DNA from: Chrysemys picta bellii
Lineage: Eukaryota
Assembly (NCBI RefSeq): GCF_011386835.1
Contig: NC_088810.1
Coordinates: 124,001-188,000 of the forward strand
Length of the DNA stretch: 64,000 nt
Direction of reading: 5' to 3'
Positions 1-11,287 of this stretch are shown here, piece after piece (positions within the stretch are counted from its first letter, which is position 1; every line of letters begins with the position of its first letter). Under the pieces are notes generated by a model, which saw only the letters and a list, made by a program, of their open reading frames with translations, did no database searches and was not told the DNA's origin. A program made the translations under genes and the position numbers.

Positions 1-683
1 TGAGCCCTCAAGGGTTAACATGTTGTTAATGTAGCCTCACACTCTACAAGGCAGCACAAATGGAGGGAGAGACACAGCATGGCAGAGAGAGACAGCGACA
101 CTGTGTGTGGGGGAGGGAAGGACACACAGTACACTGACCCCACTCTAAGTACATTGCCCTTTTAAGTAGATCAGCAAGTTGAGACAGCAGCTGCTGCCAG
201 CAAGCTCCCTCCATCCTGAGCCCTGTCATGTCCCCCCACTGCTCTGTGGAGATGAGGTACAGGAGTGGGGGGCGGGGGAGGGGGACACCCTGACATTAGC
301 ACCCCTCTTCCCCCTCCCCCCCCCCCCCCCAGCACAGCAAGCAGCTCCAACTGGGAGCAGCTCCAAGGCAGAGGGCAGGAGCAGCACAGGGCAGTGGGGG
401 GAGGGACAGCTGAACTGCCCAGCAATTGATAGCCTGCTGGGCGGCTGTGACACAGGGAACTTAGGGGAGCGGGGAGCTGATAGGGGGGCTGCCGGCCCAC
501 GCTGGTTCCAAGCCCTCACCAGCCAGCTGCAACGAGCTGCTCTTCCTGCAAGCAGTGGACAAAGCAGGTAGCTGCCAAATAACGTTATAAGGGAGCATTG
601 CGCAACTTTAAACGAGCATGTTCTCTAATTGATCGGCAACCTAACAATGTTAACCAGATGATGTTAAGTGAAAAGTTACTGTA
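1..683. mobile_element. Tc1/mariner Tigger-like non-autonomous element, right end
   Basis: Ends gttaagtgaaaagttactg-TA, resembling a Tigger-type TIR (CAGTAAC..CACTTAAC) plus TA target; left end is outside the window. Confidence 0.5.
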
Positions 684-784
684 CATCCCAACCTCACTCC
701 CAATACACTCGCCCCTCGCCACTTCCACCTAAATGTCAGTCTTTAAAAAAATAACCCTCTGGCTCAATTAATTAATACTGAGCC

Positions 785-1270
785 CAAAGGGACCATTAGA
801 TCATCTAGTCTGACTTCCTGCATAACACAGGCCAGAGAGCTGCCCCCAGTTACCCCTGCGCTGAGCCCAATAACTCGCATTGGACTAAAGCATCTTCCAG
901 CAAGGTACCATCAAGGGATGGAGAATCCACCACTTCCCTTGGGAGTTTGTGCCAAAGGGTAACTACCTTCACTGTTCAAATTTGCACCTTGTTTCTAATT
1001 TAAATGTGTCTGCCTTTAACTTCCAGGTGCTGGGTCTTGTTCTGCCTTTCTCTGCTGGATAAAAGAGCCCTGCTATTTTCTCCCCGCTGCCTCTGTGAAT
1101 GTGCTTTTATACCTCGATCAAGTCACCCCTTGCTAGTCTTTTTAATCAGTTAAACAGATTGGTCCCCTTCAGTCGCTCCCTGTGAGGCTTTTATTCTAGG
1201 AAGAGTTTTGTGTATTCGGATAATTTTTGTAGCTATTTTTTGCACCCTCTACAGTTTTTCTGCTACCAGA
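785..1270 (-). mobile_element. CR1 LINE 3' fragment
   Basis: Antisense CR1 3' end (gggacc..atcatctagtctgac, gatggagaatccaccac, ctttaacttccag). Confidence 0.7.
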
Positions 1271-1775
1271 GCTGGAGAACGGTGGCCACACATCTATATG
1301 GATCTATGCTATATAGACCAGAACTATATACGCAGCACATGAGATACAAGGTTGTAACAGTGACAGCGATGTGCAGGAAAGGTCCCAAACCCCCCGCTGT
1401 GCCCTGCAGTTAGAATCCTGGTCTCAGGCCCAGAGAGGTGACAAACTGGAGGGAATTCAGAGCAGTGGCACAGAAATCACTGGGCTTGAGCTGGTAGGAG
1501 ACACTGAAAAGGCAAAACCTGCTCAGATTGGATAAGGGACAGGTAAGGGGCAGGGGAGCTGACATGAGAGGCCACGTGAACTGCATGAACACCAGGTACC
1601 AGAGAATGATTTCAGGTGATCCATGGGACAAGCGGGAGGGGGCACTGAGAATAACAGGACGGAAAAAGCAAAGTGAGACTGAGAGAGAATTTTGAGGCCT
1701 CTCCCTAATGCGCATGGTCTGTGCAGGAACGACCAAGCAACCCCTGATACAAACCCAGCACTAAGGCAATCAGCA

Positions 1776-1781
1776 TTTATT
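1776..1781 (-). terminator. APOC1 polyadenylation signal AATAAA
   Basis: tttatt on + at 1776-1781, ~140 nt past the stop codon. Confidence 0.7.
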
Positions 1782-1921
1782 CATGGCTACAACAAAAGCA
1801 ATAGAAAACAGGAACTTGGGTGCCAACCCTGGGTTCCCCTCCCAGCATGATCTCTTCAAGGGGAGCAGTACCCCAGGAATTGCCTGTGAGCTCTGCAGAA
1901 AAAAAAACCCTCTCAGTCAGA

Positions 1922-4231
1922 TCAGTCCCTGGAAAACTGCTCATTGAACTTCTCCTTCATCTTCTGGAATTGCTCAGAGAACCAGTTCCTGTAAGACAAG
2001 GGGAGGCAGAGGCAACGTCAGCCAGTGCGTTAGGATCCTGCACTTCCTCACCCCCCACCTCCACAGATGCTACTACGGGGATGACTGGGGGCTTTGTAAA
2101 GGGGCTGGCTGAGAAGCCCTGAGCTTTGCCCTCGTGAACAGTGCAAAGCTGCACTGATTTGAGACACTACCATCTAGGGGCGGCTAACAGAGCCAGCCTC
2201 CCTCTGGGGACAGAGCCTGGTAGATGCTGGGAAATCTCAGCCGCCACCTGGTCATTATAGTTAATTACAGCGATTTTGACACATGGCTAAGGAATGGGTT
2301 TTTCCTTTCTAGTGTAGCCGCCTCTCCTGGGAGCTGTGAGGATAATGAGGCCAACTCAGTCCCAACTGTGAACTAAATCATACTAGTTTATCCGCTGTGC
2401 CTTCCAGGCAGCAGGATTTCACAGCACTTCCCATGGGATTGCTTCACATGATACATTATTCATATTTCAGTAGTGACCTGGTTATGGGGCCCCATAGTGC
2501 CACCAAGCGCTGCACAGACCCTGACCAAGATCAAGCTCCCATCCTGCCAGCACCGCACCGGCCTGAATGAGATCAGGTGCTCCGTTGTGCCAGGTGCTGC
2601 ACACACAGAGTGAGCGCCAGTCCCTGCCTCAGCTCTGAGAGGGGGGGTATGTCCCAAGCGTGACCAATGCAGTGACATCTGCCTGAGTCTGCAGAGAGCC
2701 TGGGGGGGATCTCACTGAGGAGTTAACTCTGATGCTCAGCAATGCTCATTTAAATGTCAACATCATTTACAATGTCATCTGTCCTGTGACACCAGAGCAG
2801 GGGGGTCATGGCACTGCACAATTGACTGGAGCTGAGTGTTTGGGAAGAGCATTTCTAGCAGCACCTTCCTCAGTCTCCCAGCCAAGCCTGGAACAGTTCC
2901 CGCCTCTGCTTAGCTGCAGGTGACAGTCTCAGTGTCACTGGTTTCTGCAGGAGCCTTGCCCCCCTGCCCCGAGGCCCCTGTGACTCACCGGGTCTTTTCG
3001 CTGAACTCGCTGTGATGCAGTTCTTGGAAGGCGGCTTTGGTTTTATCTGCAATGCTGTCAGCAAAGGCCTGCAGCTTGTTCTGGAAGTTCTCCAACTTTT
3101 TGGTCAGGGTTGGCTCTGTGGGTTGAGCCTGAGCAGAGTCTGAAAGGGAGACGGAGAACGACGAATGCTACTGCCCAAACTCAACCCACCACACCCGTGC
3201 AATGTGCAAGGGCGTGTGTTTGTGTGCGTGCACATACAATGTGCCATGTATGCATGTGTGTGCAATGTGCCAGGGGCGTACGTGCATGTACATGCTCGGC
3301 TCTTTGTCTGTGTCAGTACAGTGCCCAGCAAGATGGTCCCTGATCTCGTCACTCTGTGCCTTGGAGGTGTTTCTCCACAGTCTCTGAAACATGCTTGTCA
3401 CAGGAATTCTCAGCCCTTTTCACAGTTAGCTTTTCTGCTTCTGGTACCTGGTTCTGGAGCCCCGTGAGACTTTGTGTTACTTGAGATTAATGACCCTTGA
3501 CCGTCTTTAAATGCCAGACCACCCATTGCACTCTCTCAACCCTGCCCACCCAGACTCCACACAGACGCTGGGGTGGTTGGAGCTCGGTTGCTGAGTAGCA
3601 ACCTGGGGAGGTTTTCGCTTTTTCCAGACATCTCAGGGCTACTGTTTGGCTCTGGCAGCTCAGAGATGTAATTTGCCACAGATGTGGAGCTACTCCTATT
3701 TGTGGTTTTACACACACACACACACATACGGCACAGTGTACATGCACACACACAGTACACTGTACATCCACGCACACCCTGGCACATTGCACGCATGTGC
3801 GCACACACCCGGCACACTGCAGGCGCAAAATGCATGCCCCCCCTCCCGGTTTCAATGAGCCCAGCTATTGGTGACAAGATCCCAGGCATCCCTGAGCCCC
3901 AGAGTTATTTATAATCTCTACTGAGGTGTTGCTAGGGCAGTTGTTGGTCCCATGGTGGCAGGCGCTGCATGAACACGCAGCAGAGATCAGTCCTGCCCAC
4001 CAGGGGCGAGGCAGAGACAGGATAGACGGGTCTGACATGCTCCCTGCTCCCCTCTCACCCTGGCCCACACCCTTCCCCCGGCCCCTCCCTCCCCTCTCCC
4101 AGGCACAATCTCCTCCCCTAGTCCCTGAGACCCCCATTCCCCCAGCTCTGTTTCCCTGAGGAATTGGGGCTCTTACCTGCCAGGACCGTCAGAGCCACGA
4201 GGATCAGTGCGATGGACACTGCAGGCCGCAT
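1922..4231 (-). CDS. APOC1: Apolipoprotein C-I, 3 coding exons (4231-4177, 3139-2989, 1988-1922), 90 aa precursor
   Basis: Spliced ORF 55+151+67=273 nt with GT-AG sites, phases 1 and 2: [103 protein letters not shown] matches human SELSAKMREWFSE. It lies directly downstream of APOE as in mammals. Confidence 0.92.
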
Positions 4232-4369
4232 GGTCACTGGGCTTGGCGTGTCCCTGTGGGGGGAGGAGGATGTGACCTCGAGACTGGTCCCAAATGCACC
4301 AACCTACCCTGAGGAAGGGACCCAGCCAGTGCCTCTGGCTGGGGGTTACACAGCCCTCAACGAAACACC

Positions 4370-6430
4370 CACCCCGCCCCACGTGGACCCCACTGACTCC
4401 CCCCCAATACTCCACTTCCTCCCCTGATCCTGCAGTGCCCCCCCCCCGCATGGACACCCCCCCCCAGCCCCACATGGACCCCACTGACTCCCCCCCAATA
4501 CTCCACTTCCTCCCCTGATCCTGCAGTGCCCCCCCCTCATGGACACTCCCCCCAGCCCCACATGGACCCCACTGCCTCCCCTCTACACAAACCCCACTTC
4601 CTCCCCTGATCCTACAGTACCCCCCCCCCGCATGGATACCCCCCCCAGCCCCACATGGACCCCACTGCCTCCCCTCTACACAAACCCCACTTCCTCCCCT
4701 GATCCTACAGTGACCCCCCTGCATGGACACCCCCCCCAGCCCCACATGGACCCCACAGCCTCCCCCCACAGGCCCCACTTCCTCCCCACATCCTGCAGTG
4801 CCCCCCCCACATGGTCAGCCCCCCCACCCCACATGGACCCCACAGCCTCCCCTCTACACAGACCCCACTTCCTCCCCTGATCCTACAGTGCCCCCCCCCC
4901 CGATGGACACCCTCCAAGCCCCACATGGACCCCACTGCCTCCCCTCTACACAGACCCCACTTCCTCCCCTGATCCTACAGTGACCCCCCTGCATGGACAC
5001 CCCCCCCAGCCCCACATGGACCCCACAGCCTCCCCCCACAGGCCCCACTTCCTCCCCACATCCTGCAGTGCCCCCCCCCACATGGCCAACCCCCCCCCAC
5101 ATGGACCCCCTGCCTCCCCTCTACACAGACCCCACTTCCTCCCCTGATCCTGCAGTGCCCCCCCCACATGGTCAGCCCCCCCACCCCACATGGACCCCAC
5201 AGCCTCCCCTCTACACAGACCCCACTTCCTCCCCTTATCGTACAGTGCCCCCCCCCACATGGACACCCCCCACCCCACATGGACCCCACAGCCTCCACTC
5301 TACACAGACCCCACTTCCTCCCCTGATCCTACAGTGCCCCCCCCCCCGATGGACACCCTCCAAGCCCCACATGGACCCCACTGCCTCCCCTCTACACAGA
5401 CCCCACTTCCTCCCCTGATCCTACAGTGACCCCCCTGCATGGACACCCCCCCCAGCCCCACATGGACCCCACAGCCTCCCCCCACAGGCCCCACTTCCTC
5501 CCCACATCCTGCAGTGCCCCCCCCCCACATGGCCAACCCCCCCCCCACATGGACCCCCTGCCTCCCCTCTACACAGACCCCACTTCCTCCCCTGATCCTA
5601 CAATGCCCCCCCCCCCGCATGGACACCCCCCCAGCCCCACATGGACCCCACAGCCTCCCCTCTACACAGACCCCACTTCCTCCCCTTATCCTACAGTGCC
5701 CCCCCCACATGGACACCCCCCCAGCCCCACATGGACCCCACTGCCTCCCCTCTACACAGACCCCACTTCCTCCCCTGATCCTACAGTGACCCCCCTGCAT
5801 GGACACACCCCCCAGCCCCACATGGACCCCACAGCCTCCCCCCACAGGCCCCACTTCCTCCCCACATCCTGCAGTGCCCCCCCCACATGGCCAACCCCCC
5901 CCCACATGGACCCCCTGCCTCCCCTCTACACAGACCCCACTTCCTCCCCTGATCCTACAGTGCCTCCCCCGGCATGGACACCCCCCCAGCCCCACATGGA
6001 CCCCACTGCCTCCCCTCTACACAGACCCCACTTCCTCCTCTGATCCTGCAGTGCCCCCCCTGCATGGACACCCCCCCGGCCCCACATGGACCCCACTGCC
6101 TCCCCTCTACACAGACCCCACTTCCTCCCCAGAGGGCAGTGGGTTCTCCCACTCAGGGAGTTTCAGCCCCAAGCCTGCAATGTGCTCAAATGTATCCCCC
6201 AGGCCACTCTTCCCCTCCTCACCCCACCGAGCCCCCTGCCCTCCCCACCAGGTCCCCCAGATTCCCTCCCAGTCTCCACCCCACCGAGCCCCTGCCTCTC
6301 CCCACCAGGTCCCCCAGGCCCCTCTTCCCCTGCTCACCCCACCGAGCCCCCTGCCCTCCCCACCAGGCCCCCCAGATTCCCTCCCAGTCTCCACCCCACC
6401 GAGCCCCTGCCTCTCCCCACCAGGTCCCCC
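4370..6430. repeat. C-rich minisatellite (~70-95 bp variant units with higher-order blocks) plus a small adjacent repeat, in APOC1 intron 1
   Basis: Reiterated atggacacccccccagccccacatggaccccactgcctcccctctacacagaccccacttcctcccctgatcctacagtg from ~4370 to 6130; ccccaccgagccccctgcc repeats at 6215-6430. Confidence 0.9.
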
Positions 6431-6541
6431 ATCCTGGCCAACGAGCCCCCATTCCCCTCTTTGCACACTGCTCCAGTCCCACTGCCTCCACACGCCACCC
6501 CAGCCCCACTGAGCCCCGAACACCAGCCCAGCCCCACTCAC

Positions 6542-6606
6542 TGCAGCTGGAATTAAGCAATCTCCGCAGCTGGGATGCAGCTTCCCGACCTCCAGCTCCC
6601 TATAAA
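6542..6606 (-). promoter_or_regulatory. Candidate APOC1 non-coding exon 1 and TATA-like element
   Basis: Strong donor GCA|GTGAGT at 6542/6541 and an AT-rich TTTATAG element at 6600-6606, giving a ~35-nt first exon typical of this family. The exon 2 acceptor gives an exon start at 4253. Confidence 0.45.
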
Positions 6607-8369
6607 CCATCCTGCCTCCGTCATCCGCCCCCTCTGCTTGATGGGGGGGAAACCTGACCCCTCCCTCCCTGCTCTTCCAAGGCCTCTTAATTATTAGTCT
6701 GAGCCATGGGGAAATGAAATCCCAGCTAGGGAACAGCCTGGGGAGGGGGAAGAGCTGTTATTACAAATCAAGGTTCTCATGGCCATGCCTAAGGACCCCC
6801 GAGACCAGGGGGGTGCCGGGCGCTGCACAAACAGCATGGGGGACAGTCCCTGCCAGACAGCCACAGGGCGTGGGAAGGGGGTCGAACACCCCAGCCCCAT
6901 GACCAATGCACTGGCCGCAAATGGCGTGTTTATGGCGTCTAGTCTTGGCTGGGTTTAGTAGGAGGAGATCAGCTAAATGAGAAGAAAAGGGAAGGGGATG
7001 GGGAGAAAAGGCAGGGGAGGTGAAGGGCAGGGAGCAGGGGCAGAGTGAAGCTGGGAAGGCGGGGGGTGGGGGGAGGTCGAGCAAACAGACACTCAGCATG
7101 GAGCAGGGAAGGGCCAGTGTACCCCTGCAGCGCCTAGTTTGGGGCGCAGACCCAGCTACCTGCCCCCCAGGTGCAGCAGGGTGGGGGTCACACCCAGTGT
7201 GTCAGCTGGGACTCCCTGTTAGTATCCTCCAGAAGCGCCCATTTAGCTGGGGTGGGGGGGCTTACACTGGTGCCAGGTAGTGTGCCAGCGCCCCCTTGGG
7301 AACACCAGCCCCGCCAGGCCAATCGCATGCGCCAGACCCCGAAGAAACAGGAGCTCAGCTGAAAAGCCATGAATCTGCTGGGCTCTGCTCCGTTCCTGTC
7401 TCTGCGTTCCCTTGCGCTCCCCCCGGCGGTGCCTCTGCTCTGCTACTTGGACTGTAAGCTCCATGGGGCAGGGACCAGCTCTTTGCGCTGTCTGTGCAGC
7501 ACCTAACGCAACGGGGTACTAGGGTCCCTGCGCTCTGTGGTAATAACAATAATGATAAGATTGTGCCTTTGCCCCACGGGCAGCACCAGCCTCATCCTGG
7601 GGGGGGGAGGCGGGGGCTGAGATGGGCCAGACAAAACTAGGGGAGCTGTGCCCCTCCTTGCCATGAGGCCCCCATCCCTCTCCGTGGCCCTGGCCCCGGC
7701 CAGCTCAGAGGCCAGGGTGCTGCTCGCAACCAGTAAGAGCTGCCCAGGCAGAGGGACCCGGCTTCGGGGCCGGCAGAGCCCTGGGGAGCAGCGACCGCAG
7801 GGGGAGGGGCCCAGGCACCTGGGCCGGAGCGGGTCAGTCCGGGCTTCTGTGGGGAGCCCGGACCCTCCTGCCCTGGATAGCGCACCCTGGTGGGTGGGGA
7901 CACGGGCCGGGGGCTGCTCTCGGGCACCTCAGCCCACCACTCGGGCTAACTTCTCTGCTGCTGCTGGAACTGGGCTCCCAGTCAGCAGCCCCTGCTCTCG
8001 CTGCTCTGCCTTCAGAGCTGGGCGGCTGGAAAGCGGCAGCTGCTATGGGGTGGGTATGGGGGGGCTAAGGCAAATTTTGGGTGGCTATAGCCCCCACAAG
8101 TCCCCCCTCCCCCAGCGCTGCCTCCTGCTTTGCCCTCTGATGTCTGAGCCTGTAGTGGTAGTATGTTCCAGTTTTTCTCCAAAGCCAGGGGGCCAGAAAT
8201 GTACTGGATTTGTTTAAATTAAAGCCAAGCGTCTCCCATACATCACAGGACTCCAGGAGCTGGAGATGTAAGAAAACACACCAAATGCTGCAAGCTCAGG
8301 AGTCATTTCAGTTCAGCTTAATCCATATTTTTATCACCTTAAACAAACCTACTGAAAAGCATAGCTTCA

Positions 8370-8501
8370 GTATCAGGGGGTAGCCGTGTTAGTCTGTATC
8401 TACAAAAACAACAAGGAGTCTGGTGGCACCTTAAAGACTAACAGATTTATTTGGGCATAAGCTTTCGTGAGTAAAAACCTCACTTCTTCGGATGCATAGA
8501 G
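8370..8501 (-). mobile_element. Penelope-like element terminal repeat fragment
   Basis: gtatcagggggtagccgtgttagtctg...ggtggcaccttaaagactaacagatttatttgggcataagctttcg; same family at 10124, 20278 and 24892; carries a hammerhead motif. Confidence 0.7.
8455..8495 (-). ncRNA. Minimal type I hammerhead ribozyme motif (U4C variant)
   Basis: GCAU-CCGAAGA-A-GUGAG(GUUUUUA)CUCAC-GAAA-GCUU-AUGC; stems I and II are perfectly paired. Confidence 0.6.
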
Positions 8502-9119
8502 ACAGTGAAACTGATGCCAATTCTGCCGAGAGAGATGGACACAGACAGACGGACACAGGGGGGAGGTTAAAGAAAGTCAGTCAGGCCAGGATAAGAGAAA
8601 AAGTGCAGTGGAGGGGAGGGAAAGGGGTTCCAGGGGGCAGGGGCTGGGATGGTCCCCTACAGTCTATTCCAGGGCGGCGGGGCTCATCCCCTACAATCCA
8701 TGCATGCCCTGGGGTGGGGGCTGTTATTATCACCGACAGTCGACGCCCACCTACAGGGACATCCCTTCTAGTCTTACCCACCCCTCAGGGGAGGAGGGCA
8801 GGCAGTGACTGACCCAGCCGGCCCCACCTGCAGATGCTGTCTCTGATCCAAGGCCTGTGGACTTGGAGGATTCCTGGAGCCTTTGAGGAAAGGCCTAGAC
8901 CCATGTGGCCAGCGTTGCACTAAGAGCGTCCAGAGCCGTGTGAACTGAGCTAGGCTCCTGCTGGTTTGGCCTGCGTCTGCCCTGGGCAACCTGGTTAGGA
9001 GTGGAGGTGGTTTGGTTGGAGGGGCTGCTGGAAAACTCCATTGTCAGGAGCCTAGTACTCTTCCACAGGCTGGCCTAGCAAAGCCAGAGTGATGGGACTC
9101 CTGACACTCCCCCCAGGCA

Positions 9120-10050
9120 AGTGATTCCCTGCGCTCACAGCCCCCCCCGGATCTGGGGCTCCCAGCCCTTCCCCCAGGAGGGGATCCCCCAGCTTACAGC
9201 GCCCCCGGATCTGGGGCTCCCAGCCCTTCCCCCAGGAGGGGATCCCCCCAGCTCACAGACACTCCCCCAGATCTGGGGCTCCCAGCCCTTCCCCCAGGAG
9301 GGGATCCCCCCAGCTCACAGACACCCCCCCCCAGATCTGGGGCTCCCAGCCCTTCCCCCAGGAGGGGATCCCCCCAGCTCACAGACACTCCCCCAGATCT
9401 GGGGCTCCCAGCCCTTCCCCCAGGAGGGCATTTCCCCCCTCCCCCAGCTCACAGACACTCCCCCCCAGATCTGGGGCTCCCAGCCCTTCCCCCAGGAAGG
9501 GATCCCCCCAGCTCACAGCCCCCCCGGATCTGGGGCTCCCAGCCCTTCCCCCAGGAGGGGATCCCCACAGCTCACAGCCCCCCCCCCCCGGATCTGGGGC
9601 TCCCAGCCCTTCCCCCAGGAGGGGATCCCCCAGCTCACAGACCCCCCCGCCCCCCAGATCTGGGGCTCCCAGCCCTTCCCCCAGGAGGGGATCCCCCAGC
9701 TCACAGACACCCCCCCAGATCTGGGGCTCCCAGCTCTTCCCCCAGGAGGGGATCCCCCCAGCTCACAGACACCCCCCCAGATCAGGGGCTCCTAGCTCTT
9801 CCCCCAGGAGGGCATTTCCCCCCTCCCCCAGCTCACAGACACCCCCCGCAGATCTGGGGCTCCCAGCCCTTCTCCCAGGAGGGGATCCCCCAGCTCACAG
9901 ACACCCCCCCCCCAGATCTGGGGCTCCCAGCCCTTCCCTCAGGAGGGGATCCCCCAGCTCATAGACACCACCCCCCAGATCTGGGGCTCCCAGCTCTTCC
10001 CCCAGGAGGGCATTTCCCCCCTCCCCCAGCTCACAGAGCCCTGGCCCTCC
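9120..10050. repeat. ~58-60 bp GC-rich minisatellite, ~15 units
   Basis: Unit cccccagatctggggctcccagcccttcccccaggaggggatcccccagctcacagaca. Confidence 0.9.
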
Positions 10051-10123
10051 TCCCTGGCAGGGGACCCCCCCTATGGTTGCCAACCTGTAGGCGCCAGGAA
10101 TTAAAGCTTAATCTCTAATTAAA

Positions 10124-10228
10124 GTATCAGGGGGTAGCCATGTTAGTCTGTATCTACCAAAAGCTTATGCCCAAATAAATCTGTTAGTCTTTAAGGTGCC
10201 ACCAGACTCCTTGTTGTTTTTGTTTCTT
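10124..10228. mobile_element. Internally inverted Penelope-like terminus with target-site duplication
   Basis: About the first 34 nt are in one orientation and the remainder in the opposite one; flanked by taattaaa at 10116-10123 and 10229-10236. Confidence 0.65.
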
Positions 10229-11115
10229 TAATTAAAGATTGTGACATGAGGAAATCTGGAGAGATTCATCCAACCAAAACTGGCAATCCTAGGACCAACC
10301 CCACCCCACGCCCCAACCCCCGAATCTCTCCCCACCAGTGTTAGGACTTTGTTTCCCAACAGCCTTTCCCTAAGGAATCTCGTTTGTCTCCTCTGCAGCC
10401 GCCTCCCTCCCCCCCTTCCTCCCCCCTCAAGCATTTGCACTGTTCAGCCCCTCCGAACCAGGGCAAATTCCTGTGACCAGGGAAAGGACGTGCACCCATG
10501 CTGAGCCCAAGTCCTTCCCCCACTAGCCAGTTCCCCACCCCAGGAGATGCCAGCTCCATCGCTGTCTCTGCCTAACTCCACGGGGGTGGGCGCAGCCCCA
10601 GTTGGGCTCCCCAGGCTGACGGCAACACAAAGGGGTCCCTGTGGGACCTGGCTGGGAAGAGCCCAGCGAGAGCTGGAGGTTATTTGCATTCACTGCTCTG
10701 AAGCTCGGTTCATCCCCCTGCCGTCCCACACACGCTTCTCCAGGCTGCTTGAGCTCTGCCCGCTAGTAACCCCTCCTGGCAGGGTCTGTATCGCCAGCTC
10801 CTTATTTTCGTATAAGCAGCCCGCATTGAGAAATGCTTTGTTTTTGCTGAGAAACCCAATTCCGTCCTCCCCTCCCTGGCGTTTTCTTTTTTCAGCTTGA
10901 GGTTTCGGATTGTGAAAGCTCAGGCCGTGGCTGAGTCATTCACAAGCCAAACCCCAGTGCTGGTTGCAAAACAAAGTCAGATGGCACCAGCACTTTCCAA
11001 AGGCTTGGCCTAGAAATGCCCCAGATGGGTCCCAGCGCCTGGTGTTCCTAAGAAAACCCACAGCCCTGGGCTGCAGCAGAGGATGGGTGCTCATGTAACC
11101 CACACACCTCTTGGG

Positions 11116-11287
11116 TGTGATGTTGTGTCCCACCTAGTGGCACTGAGACCACTTCGAGAGAGAGAATGAGTCTGCTCTGCAGCCGTAGCTAACAACCAGG
11201 TGGCTTTTAGCTCATGCAGGAGAGGCTCATGCACTGAGGTCCCAGGTTCGATCCTGCCCACCGACAACCAGGGTCTGTCGCATTACA
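11116..11287 (+). mobile_element. tRNA-derived repeat (SINE-like) with Pol III A and B boxes
   Basis: A box tagctcatgcagg 11208-11220; B box ggttcgatcc 11245-11254; no intact cloverleaf. Confidence 0.5.

Noticed and set aside
4173-6657. Many Pro-rich or Gly-rich ORFs of 100-237 aa
   Set aside because: All are translations of the C-rich intronic minisatellite in several frames.
11195-11270. Functional tRNA gene
   Set aside because: A and B boxes are present, but there is no acceptor or anticodon stem pairing and it is embedded in a longer repeat.
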